From Octopus bimaculoides (Eukaryota), in contig NC_068995.1 of assembly GCF_001194135.2 (NCBI RefSeq), forward strand, positions 24,174,717 through 24,238,716: a stretch of DNA of 64,000 nt, given 5' to 3'. Below the pieces are notes generated by a model. That model saw only the letters and a list, made by a program, of their open reading frames with translations, was not told the origin of the DNA and ran no database searches. The translations under genes were made by a program, and so were the position numbers. Every line of letters begins with the position of its first letter. The first letter of the stretch is position 1. Below are positions 62,783 through 64,000 of the stretch, piece after piece.

Positions 62783-63337
62783 AACAACAAACAGAATGAG
62801 GACAAATATCCGTCAAATGTAAATTATGTAAATAATGTACATAATTCCTCATCTCTTAAATATAGAACAGGTTAATTGTTTCCTCAAAACAAATTTCGAA
62901 TGGTTTTCTCGACAGGATATAATTACAATACTTTTCATGTTCTGTGGGGGATAATTTCCTTAAAAGAAGTCGTACCTTCTTTTCTTCCGTCCAGTTTCTA
63001 CATACTTCCTTGAAGATTCCTTTATACCTTCTGAAGTATGCAGAAAACGTAATCCCTTCTTCTGCATTGTAAGTAAATTCTTCAATTGAATTAGCAACCC
63101 CGTCTGCCGAAAACAAACCTGAAGTGTTTTTGGACGGCAACAATAATTCCAACAATTGTTGATTTTGATGTTGTTGTAGCTGTAGCTGCCGTTGCAACGG
63201 TTGCTGCTATTGCTGTTGTTCTTCTTCTTGTAATTGCCGTTGCAACTGTACCACAGAAGCTAATAAGTCTTCCATGCTAAGAACGTCCACAATGAGCTTC
63301 GAATATCACATCTCTACTATCATACCCTTGAGTTGGG

Positions 63338-63465
63338 ATATAGACTACACTGTAACAGTGTTATAACGCTACAAAAATTAATTCAGTAACAAACACCTAA
63401 CAAACTTATATCTCTTCTCAACGACTTCTACGACTGCCTTCGCAAACGCGACTACACACACCACA
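63338..63465 (-). repeat. 5' LTR of the Gypsy element (shorter than the 3' LTR)
   Basis: Starts TGTGGTG on the minus strand and shares its distal ~105 bp with the 3' LTR. No clear PBS or TSD was found. Confidence 0.7.
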
Positions 63466-64000
63466 CTGTACAAATTATTTAAGCACTCAGGCTTTTACAC
63501 AGAGGGGACAGCACAAGGACAGACAGAACACCACAGTGGGGACAAAAACCACAAAACAAATGAAAATGGGGAAAATGTTATATAATAAATGAAGATGAAA
63601 TGGCTGCATGAGTCCCACTCCCATGCAGTACCATTTGAACATTCCGACATACAATTTATACTCTTTTCTTTTTCCTTTTGTTTTTTCAATTAGTATCGTT
63701 TTTTTTTAAGGAAATTTTACTTACTCTTTTTTTAGTAGGTCAAATATGGTTCTAATTCTCTATATTCCATCAATGGCAGCAGTTCGTCAAACTCTACCTC
63801 AACTTCTGGTGGATCAATATCCCTTCCAAACATTTCCTTTAACCTGTTATACCTCTTTGTCTATAATAATTGCTTTCACATTTTCCGTGTAAATCTCCGT
63901 AGGCAACTTAACCCATATTATGGATTTAAACTTCGTTATCTTTTTTTCTATCGCTGTGCTCTTGGCGTGTCACGAAATTCCACTTATGCTTCTTCGGCTT

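Larger units (their letters stand above)
62551..62865. mobile_element. Inverted dimer of the hammerhead-bearing tail (Penelope pLTR-like) with 15-bp TSD
   Basis: About 120-bp near-perfect inverted arms around a 9-nt spacer (62699-62707). TSD AACAGGTTAATTGTT at 62536-62550 and 62866-62880. Removing the insert restores gag FEETINLLSKIFSERSSLFNIRWECL. Confidence 0.9.
60428..63465 (-). mobile_element. Gypsy-type LTR retrotransposon (gag plus protease, RT/RNaseH/integrase deleted)
   Basis: Gag ITFSAYFRRYKGIF...KVRLLLRKL..TEHEKYCNYIL...SLFNIRWECL, protease LQLDTGSDITI, RT start LDRLEKLGVI..SPIVYV, post-integrase SGMSPAELMFARKVRSVFDKL. PPT AAAAAGGGGGAGA (60635-60646) and partly shared LTRs. Confidence 0.88.

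Overview
AT-rich animal genomic DNA with many N gaps, mostly flanked by (CA)n, (TA)n or (TACA)n microsatellites. The SINE heads and transposon remnants look like those of a coleoid cephalopod, most likely Octopus; this is an inference from recalled repeat sequences, not a database result. I found no convincing host-gene exon, so the window reads as intronic or intergenic and is packed with mobile-element fossils. These include at least three tRNA-derived SINE families, CR1, RTE, Tx1/L1 and R4/Dong LINE fragments, Penelope-like fragments, mariner and DD37D (maT) transposons, a hAT MITE with a perfect 8-bp TSD, and an internally deleted Gypsy element. Most interesting: (1) a tRNA-headed SINE-like element whose 3' tail carries a minimal hammerhead ribozyme motif (56.3-56.6 kb); (2) the same tail as a head-to-head inverted dimer inserted into Gypsy gag with a 15-bp TSD (62.55-62.87 kb), suggesting a Penelope-mobilised, ribozyme-bearing SINE; (3) a 5S rRNA copy that may head a chimeric SINE; (4) an R4/Dong element flanked by (CATA)n on both sides; (5) a mariner built from two left ends. 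Family assignments come from hand translation and motif recognition, and coordinates of decayed elements are approximate.
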